Part shown: in pieces, positions 1 to 10,259 of the stretch
Numbering within the stretch: position 1 is the stretch's first letter
Layout: every line of letters begins with the position of its first letter
Assembly (NCBI GenBank): GCA_031425235.1
Contig: JANPIZ010000004.1
Location: 62 to 64,061, forward strand
DNA: 64,000 bases
Direction: 5' to 3'
DNA from: Candidatus Nomurabacteria bacterium
Lineage (GTDB): Bacteria; Patescibacteriota; Minisyncoccia; Phycocordibacterales; UBA9973
Notes under the pieces: generated by a model
Databases searched by the model: none
Told to the model about the DNA's origin: nothing
What the model saw: only the letters and a program-made list of their open reading frames with translations
Program-made: the position numbers and the translations under genes

Positions 1-31
1 CGTGAGCATTAGTTCAGTTGGCTCGCACCGT

Positions 32-238
32 TTACGAATTTTTACTAAAGTAGGTTCGAGTCTTGTTTAAAAGGTACTCCGCAATCAAAACCAAGTCTTT
101 TTTGGCGAAATTTTGGCGAGCAGAGCGAAGCTCTGCGTAATGTTCTAAAGGATATCCAACCGCTTCGCGGTTTTTTAGAGTGAGGTTCGAGCCGAAGATT
201 TTTTGGAGGGAGAGTTTTTTGGATGGGAGGTCGTCCAT
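32..238 (-). CDS. Stand-alone copy of the C-terminus of the neighbouring large serine recombinase, with a different tail (..LIAE-YLLNKTRTYFSKNS)
   Basis: DLPSKK..LIAE is identical to the end of ORF 1119..2165; encoded by the inverted repeat 77..233. Confidence 0.6.
   Translation of the reverse strand: MDDLPSKKLSLQKIFGSNLTLKNREAVGYPLEHYAELRSARQNFAKKDLVLIAEYLLNKTRTYFSKNS
77..233 (-). repeat. 157-bp inverted repeat, copy 1 (partner 1928..2084)
   Basis: Block-by-block comparison gives 156/157 identity; the single mismatch 158/2003 is a synonymous Val codon. Confidence 0.97.
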
Positions 239-326
239 AAAAATATAACACTTGACCCACCCACCCGTTCGCGTGTTAAAACTTTTTGGTGATTTTTAAA
301 AATCACCAAACTCCCTTTAATTATCT

Positions 327-533
327 TTATTTCATTAACTCTCCGACTGAAACTCCGATCGCTTTTGCTATTTTCGTAATCGTCGCAAGAGTAGGGTTGG
401 TCTTACCATTTTCAATACTACTCACAAAGCTTTTAGGCATCCCTAATATTTTAACTATATCTCCTTGGGATATACCTTTTTTTGTTCTTATTCGTTTTAA
501 ATTTTGACCGAGTTTCTTTGCTTCGTCTTTCAT
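327..533 (-). CDS. XRE/Cro-family HTH transcriptional regulator
   Basis: LGQNLKRIR..GISQGDI..SSIENGKTNPTLATI HTH_3 pattern; divergent from the recombinase; TATACT 7 nt upstream of ATG. Confidence 0.9.
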   Translation of the reverse strand: MKDEAKKLGQNLKRIRTKKGISQGDIVKILGMPKSFVSSIENGKTNPTLATITKIAKAIGVSVGELMK

Positions 534-1927
534 TGTTAATAGTATAACCTGCTATTGCGTTACATACTATGGGTTATGGTATAATAGAACTATGCCTAAA
601 TACTTTCTATATGCTCGCAAATCTACCGATGTGGAAGATAAACAAATCCTCTCTATTGAGGCACAACTCGCCGAATTACGAGAACTCGCGAAGCGAGAAA
701 ATATTTATATTTTTGATGAATTTATTGAAAAACGATCTGCAAAAATTCCCGGTCGCCCTATTTTTAACACTATGCTTTCGCGTATTCAAAATGGTGAAGC
801 ACAAGGAATTGTTTGCTGGAAAATTGATCGCTTGTCTCGCAATCCAGTAGATAGCGGAAAAATCCAATGGCTATTACAAAAAGGAATAATTCAACATATT
901 CAAACACATCATCAAAGCCATTATCCAAATGACAATGTGTTGATGATGTCTGTCGAATTAGGGATGGCGAATGAGTACATAAGACAACTTAGTGAAAATA
1001 CGGCTCGTGGGTTACGACAAAAAGCACGCAATGGAGATTTTCCTAGCCTCGCTCCGTTTGGCTATATAAATAACCCCGCAATTAAAAAATTGCTATTCAT
1101 AAGAAAAATGCAAAGCTCGTGAAAAAAATATTTGAACTTTATGCAACAGGGAATGTGCGACTTGAAGATCTCGCAAAAGTTTTAGAAAAATCTGATATAA
1201 AATCAAAAAATAATAATCGTATTCACCCATCGCGAATAGCACATATAATAAATAATCCAATTTATTATGGACACTTTCGCCATGCAGGAGAAATATATGA
1301 AGGTAAACACGAAACGATTATTTCCAAAACACTTTTTGATAAAGCAAATAATGTTTTGCGAGGTCGTGGTCGCACACCAGACAAGCAAACTAATCCAAGA
1401 CCATTTTGTGGGCTTATGTCATGCGGATCGTGTGGTATGGGAATTACTGGAGAAATAAAAATCAAAAGACAAAAGAATGGCAACAAACATTTTTATACGT
1501 ATTATCATTGTTCAAAAAAATCTAAAACACAAAAATGTTTTGAATCTTGTGTACGAGGAGAAGAATTGGAACGGCAACTTTCGGCAAAAATTAACGAATA
1601 TATCATGCCGAAAGAATTGGCAACAAAATTATTTGAAATGTTAGATAGTGAAGAACAGAAAAATAAACATAGTACGTCAGTGGTAATTTTAGATTTACGA
1701 GAAGAAGAACAAAACATTTCAAAAAACCTCGCCAGGCTTACAGATGTGTATGTCGCTCAAGATATTGAGCGTGAGGACTATTTAAAACGACGTCGCTCTC
1801 TTATGTCCGATAAAAAGTCTATCGAGGAAAAAATAGCTCGACTTTTGCGGACACCATCTGCATGGATCGAACCGACGCGAGAATGGATAAAAGACGTTTC
1901 AATACTGGGTGAAATTGCAAAAAGTGC

Positions 1928-2084
1928 CGACCTCCCATCCAAAAAACTCTCCCTCCAAAAAATCTTCGGCTCGAACCTCACTCTAAAAAACCGCGAAGCG
2001 GTCGGATATCCTTTAGAACATTACGCAGAGCTTCGCTCTGCTCGCCAAAATTTCGCCAAAAAAGACTTGGTTTTGATTGCGGAG
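1928..2084 (+). repeat. 157-bp inverted repeat, copy 2; ends at the tRNA-Thr 3' end
   Basis: Reverse complement of 77..233. Confidence 0.97.
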
Positions 2085-2154
2085 CCGTCGATGGGGATCG
2101 GACCCATGGTCTCTGTCTTACCAAGACAGTGCTTTACCACTAAGCTACGACGGC
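2083..2154 (-). tRNA. tRNA-Thr(GGT)
   Basis: Cloverleaf GCCGTCG..CTGTC-TTGGTAA-GACAG..ATGGG-TCCGATC-CCCAT-CGACGGC-T; followed by CC and then recombinase sequence. Confidence 0.93.
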
Positions 2155-2301
2155 ATAACCTGTAAACTGCACGCTTTTCCCGAAAATAGTAGCGCGACAA
2201 TTATTAACTATACTAGTGTATTTTTACGCTTTTTGCAAAATGTATATAAAAATGTGGGCCTCTATTTTTTTGAACGAGAAGAATAAGAGCATGCACCTTC
2301 T

Positions 2302-2577
2302 CTAATTTGTCAGAGTGTTGAGAAATTCATTTAGTTGAGGAAACGCTCCGGTGGTGTATAGTATCCAAGATACAAGTGCAATAATGAGTCCAAACACTAT
2401 TGTGGCACCTATTATTCCACTAAGTCCCGTAAGTATACCCCTTAAAATTACCTTCTTGGTTGAATTTGTATCACTAATAGTTTTTTCTAAACTATCCAAA
2501 GATTCTTTTAATTCTAATATTTCTTCCTGCGTATTTACTTCTTCGATGGTATTTTTTTTAATCTCTTCTTTTTCCAT
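2302..2577 (-). CDS. Small membrane protein (coiled coil + hydrophobic C-terminus)
   Basis: 91-aa ORF; TGGTATAAT 6 nt before ATG. Confidence 0.7.
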   Translation of the reverse strand: MEKEEIKKNTIEEVNTQEEILELKESLDSLEKTISDTNSTKKVILRGILTGLSGIIGATIVFGLIIALVSWILYTTGAFPQLNEFLNTLTN

Positions 2578-2619
2578 AGCAAGATTATACCAAGTTACAC
2601 CTCAAAAGTCTTTACAGGA

Positions 2620-2709
2620 TTAGAGCTTCAAATTTAATCTCCCGCTAAATAAAATACCCATTACGATTAATATTAAAATTAATACAAAAACCACCGTTCG
2701 ATGTCTCAT
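2620..2709 (-). CDS. Putative 29-aa single-TM peptide MRHRTVVFVLILILIVMGILFSGRLNLKL
   Basis: Below the ORF-track cutoff; TG-A-TATTAT 6 nt upstream of ATG, as for neighbouring genes. Confidence 0.45.
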   Translation of the reverse strand: MRHRTVVFVLILILIVMGILFSGRLNLKL

Positions 2710-2761
2710 TCTTAAATAATATCACAGAGCTCAAATCCTTAAATACTATACTGGTAGAAGA

Positions 2762-3181
2762 TCACCTTTTGCTTTGTATCGCAAGTAGAGCCAATACCAG
2801 AGCATAGACAATGTGGTCATCAATGATTGGGTTGTTTGCAGGGAAAAGAAGGGCAAGCCACATCAGTACCATCATTGCTATACCTGCTATCGCTCCCCAG
2901 AAAACATATTTGTTAAAAAGTAATGTAAGACCAATAAACAGAAGTCCAAGCATAAACAGCCAATCCACAATTACTACTCCTGCCAAGCTATGAAATAACG
3001 GAGCAAATGGACCTTGAACACCTCCCGTCAAAAATCCCGTAGTTGGAGAACCGCCGTGTATCCACGCTTTCTCGCTCGTCGTCGCCAATCCAAGACCAAA
3101 CAATTTATCAAAAAATGCCCAGAGAAAAATAAAAGACATTACGAAACGAAGTGCAGTTAAAACAATTTTTTGCATATTCAT
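2762..3181 (-). CDS. DoxX-family membrane protein
   Basis: LRFVMSFIFLWAFFDKLFG..NNPIIDDHIVY; start moved to MNMQKIV. Confidence 0.75.
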   Translation of the reverse strand: MNMQKIVLTALRFVMSFIFLWAFFDKLFGLGLATTSEKAWIHGGSPTTGFLTGGVQGPFAPLFHSLAGVVIVDWLFMLGLLFIGLTLLFNKYVFWGAIAGIAMMVLMWLALLFPANNPIIDDHIVYALVLALLAIQSKR

Positions 3182-3264
3182 ATATTTGAAATTAAAATAA
3201 TAAAAAGATTGCCTAAATTTTAATTTCACCGAAGTTTATATTTTTGTATACTCATATAAATAAC

Positions 3265-3849
3265 TTATGAATTCATTGTATCATTTTTTTCTTTACAAGT
3301 TTTGATAAAAATCACCATTATGGAATTCGTAACAATCATAGCTATAGAATGAAACATTGTAGCAATGTTATAAGCACCAAGGGTGCTTAATATGAGTGAA
3401 TGTCTGAGTACATTACTTCCATACAATAATGGCGCTTCACTTTGAGGATGACAATATGTTTTATAAAAAGTTGGTATAAATGCAATCAAATCTATAGAAA
3501 CAACTATGATGACTGATATAGTGGGGTCTTTTGTAAGAATCCAAGGGATAAGTCCGAGAAGTGCAAATAGTAAAAAGTACTTGTCTCTCTTTGGAGGATT
3601 TTTAAATCCATACTTTAAAGAAAATAAGAAAATAATTATCGTAAATATTTCTGAAAATAGAGTGGGTATGGCTCCAATCCCTGCACCCTTTGCGACCTGC
3701 CCAAAGAAAACCACACAGGAAACAATAGCCCACACAAGCCATGTATATGGATGTGGTTTTATCTTTCCTTTTACAACATCAAATAGATAAGGAATATTGC
3801 CTACTATCGCAAGCAATACTGCGATTACAACTAGAATTTCTTTTATCAT
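3265..3849 (-). CDS. Multi-pass membrane protein
   Basis: 194-aa hydrophobic ORF with two repeated P-Y/T-x..W-type units. Confidence 0.7.
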   Translation of the reverse strand: MIKEILVVIAVLLAIVGNIPYLFDVVKGKIKPHPYTWLVWAIVSCVVFFGQVAKGAGIGAIPTLFSEIFTIIIFLFSLKYGFKNPPKRDKYFLLFALLGLIPWILTKDPTISVIIVVSIDLIAFIPTFYKTYCHPQSEAPLLYGSNVLRHSLILSTLGAYNIATMFHSIAMIVTNSIMVIFIKTCKEKNDTMNS

Positions 3850-3852
3850 TAT

Positions 3853-4254
3853 TTAACTAAAGTTAACCCAGAAACTGTACATACCCATACCGCATACCCC
3901 AACAAGTGGTTCGCCTGATTTAGGAACTCCTAGATCAATTTCGGTTTCTCCTGTTGGCTGTAAAATCTTCTGAAACCCGACAGAGCGCACTACCAGTGAT
4001 GCAGAGCAATCAAAAGTGCCATTTGTCTTTACAATAAGTTTTGTAGGTATGCCACCTTGAGCCGTAGACACTTTAGGAGAATATCCCCCTTTAGCATCAA
4101 TTGTAATGTATTGAACACCATCTCTAATCTCTACACTTTCTTTACCCCCTACAACATTTTCACCTTCTTGTGGTTTTGAACTACCCCCAAAAAATACTAT
4201 GCCGAGAGCGATAACAAGTCCGAGAGTAATGATAATTGAAACTGTTTTGTTCAT
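3853..4254 (-). CDS. Membrane-anchored cupredoxin-domain protein
   Basis: N-terminal TM, GGYSP, C..CGMGMY copper-site motif. Confidence 0.8.
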   Translation of the reverse strand: MNKTVSIIITLGLVIALGIVFFGGSSKPQEGENVVGGKESVEIRDGVQYITIDAKGGYSPKVSTAQGGIPTKLIVKTNGTFDCSASLVVRSVGFQKILQPTGETEIDLGVPKSGEPLVGVCGMGMYSFWVNFS

Positions 4255-4271
4255 AGAATGATTATATCAAA

Positions 4272-5279
4272 TTAAATATTAAATAGGGGGTTAATAATAC
4301 CCAATCCCGCGAGTCCTGCCAGTAATGCAAACAATCCAAGCCCAATAACCACTACTCCAGCCGATTTAAAGAATAGTGGTGCATACCTAGAATGAGCAAA
4401 GGAGGCTGAACCAAATGACAATAGCAAGAGCATTGGCAATGTGCCTAAGGCAAAGGCAAACATAATAAAAAATCCAGAGAAGAATGAACCACTCCCGAGT
4501 GCGGTGACTTGCATAGACTGAGTGAAGCCACATGGTAAAAAGAAAGTACCAAAACCAACCAATAGTGGAGCAAATGTCTTATGTTCTACTCTTCTAAAGA
4601 AATTAAAAATACCAGAAGGTAATGCAATTTTATTTTTCGCAAATACTCCAACTAAATTTAAGCCCAAAAACAGCATGACTAGGGATGCAATTATTCCTAG
4701 TATTGATGTAAATGTGAAATTGATACCTATGGCGTTACCAACTACGCCTAAGACTCCACCCAAAACTGCAAAACTCACTAGCCGGCCTATATGAAAAAGC
4801 AGAAAAGTTTTTGTATCGCTTATATTGTCTTCTGATATCTTTGCAGAAAGTGACAAAACTAAGCCACCTACTATTGCCAAGCAACTAGATACTGATGCAA
4901 TCAACCCAATAATAAAACTAGTTATCGGGGTAGTTTGTCCGCCAATACCGAGATTTAAAATTCCTGATTTTTGCAAAAAGAAAAACAGAGCAAGAAACAA
5001 AAGCCCAATAGGTATTGCCTTCCAAATCACACCGTCATTTTCTTTTTCTTTAATTATTTTTTCTACTGAAACTGTATAGCCATTTGATTTTATTTTAGAG
5101 GTCAATATGACCGCAATTTCTTCGGGAGTTTGTTCGCTTTCAGTTTCAATTTCTATGGTTTCTTTCTTTAGATTAACTTGTGCTTTTTTAACTAGCTCTT
5201 GCTCGCCTAAAACGTCTTCTATCAAGATTTTACACGATGCACAATGAGTGCCGGTTATATGATATACATATGTTTTCAT
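4272..5279 (-). CDS. HMA domain + DsbD/TauE-like membrane protein
   Basis: GTHCASC metal-binding motif; SSCLA and FLPCG transmembrane cysteines. Confidence 0.82.
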   Translation of the reverse strand: MKTYVYHITGTHCASCKILIEDVLGEQELVKKAQVNLKKETIEIETESEQTPEEIAVILTSKIKSNGYTVSVEKIIKEKENDGVIWKAIPIGLLFLALFFFLQKSGILNLGIGGQTTPITSFIIGLIASVSSCLAIVGGLVLSLSAKISEDNISDTKTFLLFHIGRLVSFAVLGGVLGVVGNAIGINFTFTSILGIIASLVMLFLGLNLVGVFAKNKIALPSGIFNFFRRVEHKTFAPLLVGFGTFFLPCGFTQSMQVTALGSGSFFSGFFIMFAFALGTLPMLLLLSFGSASFAHSRYAPLFFKSAGVVVIGLGLFALLAGLAGLGIINPLFNI

Positions 5280-5281
5280 AA

Positions 5282-5815
5282 TTATATTGGCGCTTTTTCG
5301 GGGGCTCGATCATTATTAATTTCGATAAATTGTTTTATGTTAACTTCATCTACAACATCTAGCCTCAATATATAATTCCAAGATGTGAGCGCAATTGGCG
5401 TATCCATGTCGGTGCGGGGAAGCATGATCTTTTTCCCCGAAGCTTCGTTAAATACTTTTTTTAATCTCTCCACATCTTCTGCTTTCAGATCCTGCCTATA
5501 CCACAGTACTACTGCTCCATGTTCCAAACTATGCACAACAAGCTCATCTGAAACAGGCTTGTCTTTTATGCCTGGTCCTGCCACGGCGTCCCCAATGTGC
5601 GGACCCGAGGTAGGCGGGTTTGAATTGTAGGCTTGATACGAGTCTCCTATTTTTATGTGAGGCGATTTCATTTCCTCTATCTTTTGTCCTACCAAGTCGT
5701 TACTAAGCCTCACTTGTTCTGTTGCTTCTTTTTTCTGTTCTCGCATCGACATTCCTACTACAAGAATACCTGTGACAAGGACAACACCTATGATAATTTT
5801 ATAATCTGTTTTCAT
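5282..5815 (-). CDS. DUF3105-like exported protein
   Basis: YNSNPPTSGPH and VHSLEHGAV motifs. Confidence 0.78.
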   Translation of the reverse strand: MKTDYKIIIGVVLVTGILVVGMSMREQKKEATEQVRLSNDLVGQKIEEMKSPHIKIGDSYQAYNSNPPTSGPHIGDAVAGPGIKDKPVSDELVVHSLEHGAVVLWYRQDLKAEDVERLKKVFNEASGKKIMLPRTDMDTPIALTSWNYILRLDVVDEVNIKQFIEINNDRAPEKAPI

Positions 5816-5816
5816 A

Positions 5817-6038
5817 TTAAATTATTTCTCCATTCTTCTCAAGCATTATATGGTGAATTGTTCCAAGCTGGAGCCAGGTAGCAATAAGAATAAGAACTCC
5901 CGTGCATAGTAAAGCATCTATCTTTGTAATCCCAAATACTAGGTCATCAGCTCCACCGAGGATTGTAGCTAAAAATGTAATAATTCCTGCCACTCCAACT
6001 ATAACACTAACGATATGTAACATTTTTGATATTTTCAT
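5817..6038 (-). CDS. Small two-TM membrane protein
   Basis: 73-aa hydrophobic ORF inside the copper cluster. Confidence 0.65.
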   Translation of the reverse strand: MKISKMLHIVSVIVGVAGIITFLATILGGADDLVFGITKIDALLCTGVLILIATWLQLGTIHHIMLEKNGEII

Positions 6039-6088
6039 AAATTTTTTAACGAAGTTAAATTTTTAATAATGACCTAAAGTTATTTATA

Positions 6089-6703
6089 CTAATTACTATA
6101 CCAACCTTGCATTTGTTGTATCTCTTTTGCTTGCGATTCGATGATATTGTCCGCAAGTGTTAACATCTCAGGTCTATTAGTACCAGACTTTAACATTTGA
6201 GCCATCGTGATAGCCATCTGATGATGCGGAATCATAGCTTCAAGAAATGCTTTGTCAAAATCAGCTGCATTTTCTAGAGCCTTCATATCTTCTTGCCCAC
6301 CCATATGCATTCCGCTACCTGACATCATGCCTCCCCCCATCATACCTGTACTTCCTTTTGGAACATCTTTACCAAACCAATTCTTGTACCACTCACTCAT
6401 ATCTTTGATTTCCTTATTCTGATCTTTGATGATACTAGTAGCTAAAGTTTTGACCTCGGGGCGCTTTGACCTTTCAAGTGCTAACTGTGCCATAGTGACA
6501 GCACCTTCGTGATGCGGGATCATCTGCTCGATGAAATGTTTGTCTATACTTCCCATCATCTGATTACTTCCTGTATTTTGATTGTTACCCATCATTCCGC
6601 TATTCCCGTTATTAGACCCCATAAACATATTTCCCCCAAACAGACCTGCTAAAACTAAACCGACTACAACTCCTCCTATTCCAAATGCAATTTTATTGTT
6701 CAT
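6089..6703 (-). CDS. DUF305 / CopM-like Met-rich copper-binding protein
   Basis: Two F..MIPHH..A..MA repeats, Met/Gly-rich linkers. Confidence 0.85.
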   Translation of the reverse strand: MNNKIAFGIGGVVVGLVLAGLFGGNMFMGSNNGNSGMMGNNQNTGSNQMMGSIDKHFIEQMIPHHEGAVTMAQLALERSKRPEVKTLATSIIKDQNKEIKDMSEWYKNWFGKDVPKGSTGMMGGGMMSGSGMHMGGQEDMKALENAADFDKAFLEAMIPHHQMAITMAQMLKSGTNRPEMLTLADNIIESQAKEIQQMQGWYSN

Positions 6704-6739
6704 ATTATTTTTATTACTTAATTTAATAATGTTTGACCT

Positions 6740-9070
6740 TTATAATTTCATAGTTTTAATTCTAAGCGAATTACCAACCACGCTTACACTACTCATCGCC
6801 ATCGCGAACCCAGCAAACACTGGGGACAACAGCCAGCCAAAAATTGGATAAAATAATCCCGCAGCGAGTGGTATACCAACAATGTTATAGATGAATGCCC
6901 AGAAAAGATTCTGTTTTATTCCGTTCATTGTAATTTTTGATAACTTAACGGCTTTTACAATTTTCGAAATGTCTCCACCGAGCAGTGTAATGCCTGCCGA
7001 TTCTATGGCCACATCCGTGCCGGTGCCCATAGCGATACCTACATCAGCTTGAGCGAGCGCTGGAGCATCATTCACTCCATCACCTGCCATAACCACAATA
7101 TTGCCTTTGCTCTGCAAATCTTTGATGACGCGCAATTTATCCTCTGGCATCACTTCAGCAATCACTTCATCAATACCTACAAGCTTGGCAATAAATTCAC
7201 CTGTATTTTTATTGTCACCAGTCAGCATCATTACTTTTTTATTTAGCTTGTGTAATCCCTTCACCATTTCGATAGCTTCAGGCTTGATTTGATCTGCAAC
7301 ATATACTACTGCGAGTACTTCATTTTTATTAAAAAGTAAAACTGGAGTTTTACCTTGCCGTGTTTCGACTTCTAAATTTTTAATGTCAAAAGATATGTTT
7401 AAATCAGGCACCATTTCTTTGATTTTTGTATTACCGGCAAAATATTCCATGCCATTAATCAATCCCTTTAGGCCCTTACCTTTTATGATTTCAAAGTTTG
7501 AAACATTGAGATTTATGATATTTTTTTCTTTAGCATACTTCACTATTGCGTGTGCTATCGGGTGCTCAGACTTACTTTCAAGGGTTGCCAGAATAGCGAG
7601 AATTTCATCGTCTTTTAGCTTGCTTAAGTTTTCAATCTTGGTGAGTTCGGGTTTGCCTTTTGTAATCGTTCCTGTTTTATCCACCACAACAATGTTTGCT
7701 TTGTGAAGTGTTTCAAGTGCTGTGGCATCTTTTACTAATATTCCTTCCCTTGCTCCTTTCCCAACCCCCACAATAATAGCAGTTGGGGTAGCTAAACCTA
7801 ATGCACACGGGCAAGCTATCACTAGCACTCCCACAAATGAAGTGAGTGCATATGAAAGCGCAATAGAAAATCCCAGTGTGGGTATTCCAAAATACATCCA
7901 TAGTCCAAATGCCAAAAATGCAATTACAAGCACAATGGGTACAAAGACCGCAGAAATTTTATCAGCTAGAGCTTGTATTGGTGCTTTGCTTCCTTGGGCA
8001 TCTTCAACCATTTTAATGATATGCGCAAGTAAAGTTTCTGAACCAACTTTTGTTGCTTTAAAATTAAATGTGCCCGTGGTGTTGATTGTTCCCGCGACAA
8101 CCTTATCTTCTATGTTTTTTTCAACTGGCACTGGCTCGCCAGTTATCATTGATTCATCAACATATGAAGATCCTGAAATAATAACGCCATCGACAGGGAC
8201 TTTCTGCCCAGGTTTTACAATCAAAATATCATCTACGAGTACGAGATCAATTGAAATTTCAATTTCCTTACCCTCTCGTATAACGAGTGCGGTTTTTGCT
8301 TGAAGCCCAAGTAGCTTTTCTATTGCATCGCCAGTTTTTAATTTTGATTTTGCTTCTAAGTATTTACCTAACGCTATAAATGTAATAACGACAATTGCTA
8401 TATCATAAAAATTGTATTGTACATTTAAATATGGGGTCAGAACTTCTTCAAAAGCTGTAACAATAAAACTATACATAAACGCGACTGATGTACCGAGACC
8501 AATCAGCGTATCCATGTTTGCTTTGCCATAGCGGAAGAATCTATATACCCCGAGTAAATACGGCTTGCCGATGGTTATAAATATGTAGGTAGCAAAAATT
8601 GGAAGCAGGTGATGAAAAAATTCATATAAAGTTTCAGACATGGGGAGTATTAGGTTATATTTACCTAGTATCTCCCAGGTCATTACAAAAATACTAACCA
8701 CAGAAAGTAGGATAGCGGGTACAATTTTCGCTCGCATCTCTTTTATTTCAGCTAGTTTTTCCTCTTTTGATTGATTAAGCCCAAGATGCTCGGCATGCTC
8801 ATTCTCGCTCATACCCATCTGGCTTGCTGTCATGTTATGAGAACTATCATCTATAGCCTTTGGTACTACTAAAGAGTAGCCGAGAGGTTCCAGTTTTTTA
8901 TTAAAATCTTCTGGGCTTGTTTTGCTTGCGTCATATGAGATTTTTGCATTTTCTGTACCATTGTTGACAGCTATATTTTCTACGCCTTCAATTTTTTTTA
9001 CTGCCCTCTCAATAATTGAGGCGCATGAAGCGCAATGCATTCCTTTTACTTTGTAAGTTTTTGTTTGCAT
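6740..9070 (-). CDS. copA: Cu(I)-translocating P1B-type ATPase
   Basis: [44 protein letters not shown]. Confidence 0.95.
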   Translation of the reverse strand: MQTKTYKVKGMHCASCASIIERAVKKIEGVENIAVNNGTENAKISYDASKTSPEDFNKKLEPLGYSLVVPKAIDDSSHNMTASQMGMSENEHAEHLGLNQSKEEKLAEIKEMRAKIVPAILLSVVSIFVMTWEILGKYNLILPMSETLYEFFHHLLPIFATYIFITIGKPYLLGVYRFFRYGKANMDTLIGLGTSVAFMYSFIVTAFEEVLTPYLNVQYNFYDIAIVVITFIALGKYLEAKSKLKTGDAIEKLLGLQAKTALVIREGKEIEISIDLVLVDDILIVKPGQKVPVDGVIISGSSYVDESMITGEPVPVEKNIEDKVVAGTINTTGTFNFKATKVGSETLLAHIIKMVEDAQGSKAPIQALADKISAVFVPIVLVIAFLAFGLWMYFGIPTLGFSIALSYALTSFVGVLVIACPCALGLATPTAIIVGVGKGAREGILVKDATALETLHKANIVVVDKTGTITKGKPELTKIENLSKLKDDEILAILATLESKSEHPIAHAIVKYAKEKNIINLNVSNFEIIKGKGLKGLINGMEYFAGNTKIKEMVPDLNISFDIKNLEVETRQGKTPVLLFNKNEVLAVVYVADQIKPEAIEMVKGLHKLNKKVMMLTGDNKNTGEFIAKLVGIDEVIAEVMPEDKLRVIKDLQSKGNIVVMAGDGVNDAPALAQADVGIAMGTGTDVAIESAGITLLGGDISKIVKAVKLSKITMNGIKQNLFWAFIYNIVGIPLAAGLFYPIFGWLLSPVFAGFAMAMSSVSVVGNSLRIKTMKL

Positions 9071-9075
9071 AATTT

Positions 9076-9339
9076 TTATTTGCGTTTTAAACGATATACT
9101 TTTAATATTTCACCTGTAGCTTTTTCTGTTTGACCTTTCTTTATTTGATTTACAACACAATGTCCCAGATGACCTTCCATGAGAGTATCTTCTATATTAG
9201 AGAGTGATTGCTTTATTGCTGATGTTTGAGTAATGACATCAATGCAATAGGTATCTTTCTCTATCATATTCTGAAGACCCCTCACCTGGCCTTCAATTAT
9301 CTTAAGATGCCGTATAAGTTTTGGTTTATTGGTTTGCAT
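9076..9339 (-). CDS. csoR: CsoR-family copper-sensing repressor
   Basis: [22 protein letters not shown]; start moved to MQTNKPK, 6 nt after the -10 box. Confidence 0.88.
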   Translation of the reverse strand: MQTNKPKLIRHLKIIEGQVRGLQNMIEKDTYCIDVITQTSAIKQSLSNIEDTLMEGHLGHCVVNQIKKGQTEKATGEILKVYRLKRK

Positions 9340-9345
9340 AAGATA

Positions 9346-9374
9346 AGTATATACCCCCCAGGGGGTATTGTCAA
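9346..9374 (-). promoter_or_regulatory. Sigma70 promoter TTGACA-17-TATACT with a CsoR-type operator TACCCCCCAGGGGGTA (9352..9367) in the spacer
   Basis: Consensus boxes plus the C-tract/G-tract pseudo-palindrome typical of CsoR operators. Confidence 0.85.
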
Positions 9375-9393
9375 GCATTCTATACATAAAGAA

Positions 9394-10104
9394 TTAGTGG
9401 GTAGTACTAGAAACAGAATTAGGCTTTCTTTTTTTATAGTCAGATATAAGTAAGACTAGAATCCACACTCCTATAACTAAAAATACATATACATTTCCAG
9501 TTCCCCCACCAGCTATTTCTAGGACCCCGTCGCCAACTCGGTAAACAATCAGAGCCACTAATGAATACCAGAAAACTGATGATGCAACAGAATACAGTAA
9601 AAATTTCTTAAACGGCATACGTATTATTCCTGCTGCTGTGTTTGTAAGAGCCCCAAAGCTCGGCAACCAATAACTGAGAGGAATCGCAATAGGTCCTCTT
9701 TTTTCAAGCCTATTTTTTGATTGCTCTATAGCATCTTTCATTCCAAATTTAACCAGTAATTTATACCATCCATATTTACCCAAGAAATAATTTATAATAT
9801 GAGCAATAATTAAACCTGATGTACATACAATTACAGAAATTACAGCATCTGTCGGTGATTTGGCAACCAGTACTCCTAGAAAAATTACGAAAACTCCAGG
9901 AAAGTATCCACCAATAAGTAATATACCTTCTAATGTTGAACTAAAAAACAGTGCGGGTATTCCGTAGGTATCAAACCACCCACCTACTATCTCTGTTAGT
10001 TGGTCAGTAGGTGGTAAATTCAAAATATTCCAAACTATATTAAGTGAAGAGTAGAGTATGAGAAAAAGTAGTGGAACTGAAAGAAGTTTAAAATAATATT
10101 TCAT
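9394..10104 (-). CDS. DedA/VTT-family membrane protein
   Basis: LEGILLIGGYFPG..NYFLGKYG..AAGIIRMPFKKF. Confidence 0.8.
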   Translation of the reverse strand: MKYYFKLLSVPLLFLILYSSLNIVWNILNLPPTDQLTEIVGGWFDTYGIPALFFSSTLEGILLIGGYFPGVFVIFLGVLVAKSPTDAVISVIVCTSGLIIAHIINYFLGKYGWYKLLVKFGMKDAIEQSKNRLEKRGPIAIPLSYWLPSFGALTNTAAGIIRMPFKKFLLYSVASSVFWYSLVALIVYRVGDGVLEIAGGGTGNVYVFLVIGVWILVLLISDYKKRKPNSVSSTTH

Positions 10105-10148
10105 TCTTAAAATTATATCAGTTCTCTGTCTAATCAGTAAGAAAGAAA

Positions 10149-10172
10149 AAGAACCATATTTCTATGGCTCTT
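10149..10172 (-). terminator. Probable intrinsic terminator next to the att-like ATGCGCG core
   Basis: AAGAGCCATA-GAAA-TATGGTTCTT followed by a T tract on the minus strand. Confidence 0.55.
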
Positions 10173-10259
10173 ATGCGCGGACTAGTGAACGAAGTGGGAA
10201 CTGCTATTAGGAACCATAATGGGTATATTTACATACCCGACCTTAAAGAAAGGGCCTGA
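10173..10259 (+). other. Orphan recombinase-tail-like reading frame MRGLVNEVGTAIRNHNGYIYIPDLKERA beginning at an att-like core shared with the tRNA-Asp 3' end
   Basis: TTATGCGCG at 10171..10179 equals 11811..11819. Confidence 0.45.

Larger units (their letters stand above)
592..2165 (+). pseudogene. Large serine recombinase (resolvase + recombinase + Zn-ribbon + coiled coil) split by a frameshift at A6 1084..1089; C-terminus reads antisense through tRNA-Thr
   Basis: ORF 592..1122 has YARKST and DRLSRN; ORF 1119..2165 has CGSCG..YYHC..C; one extra A gives continuous IKKIAIHKKNAKLVKKIF. Confidence 0.85.
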
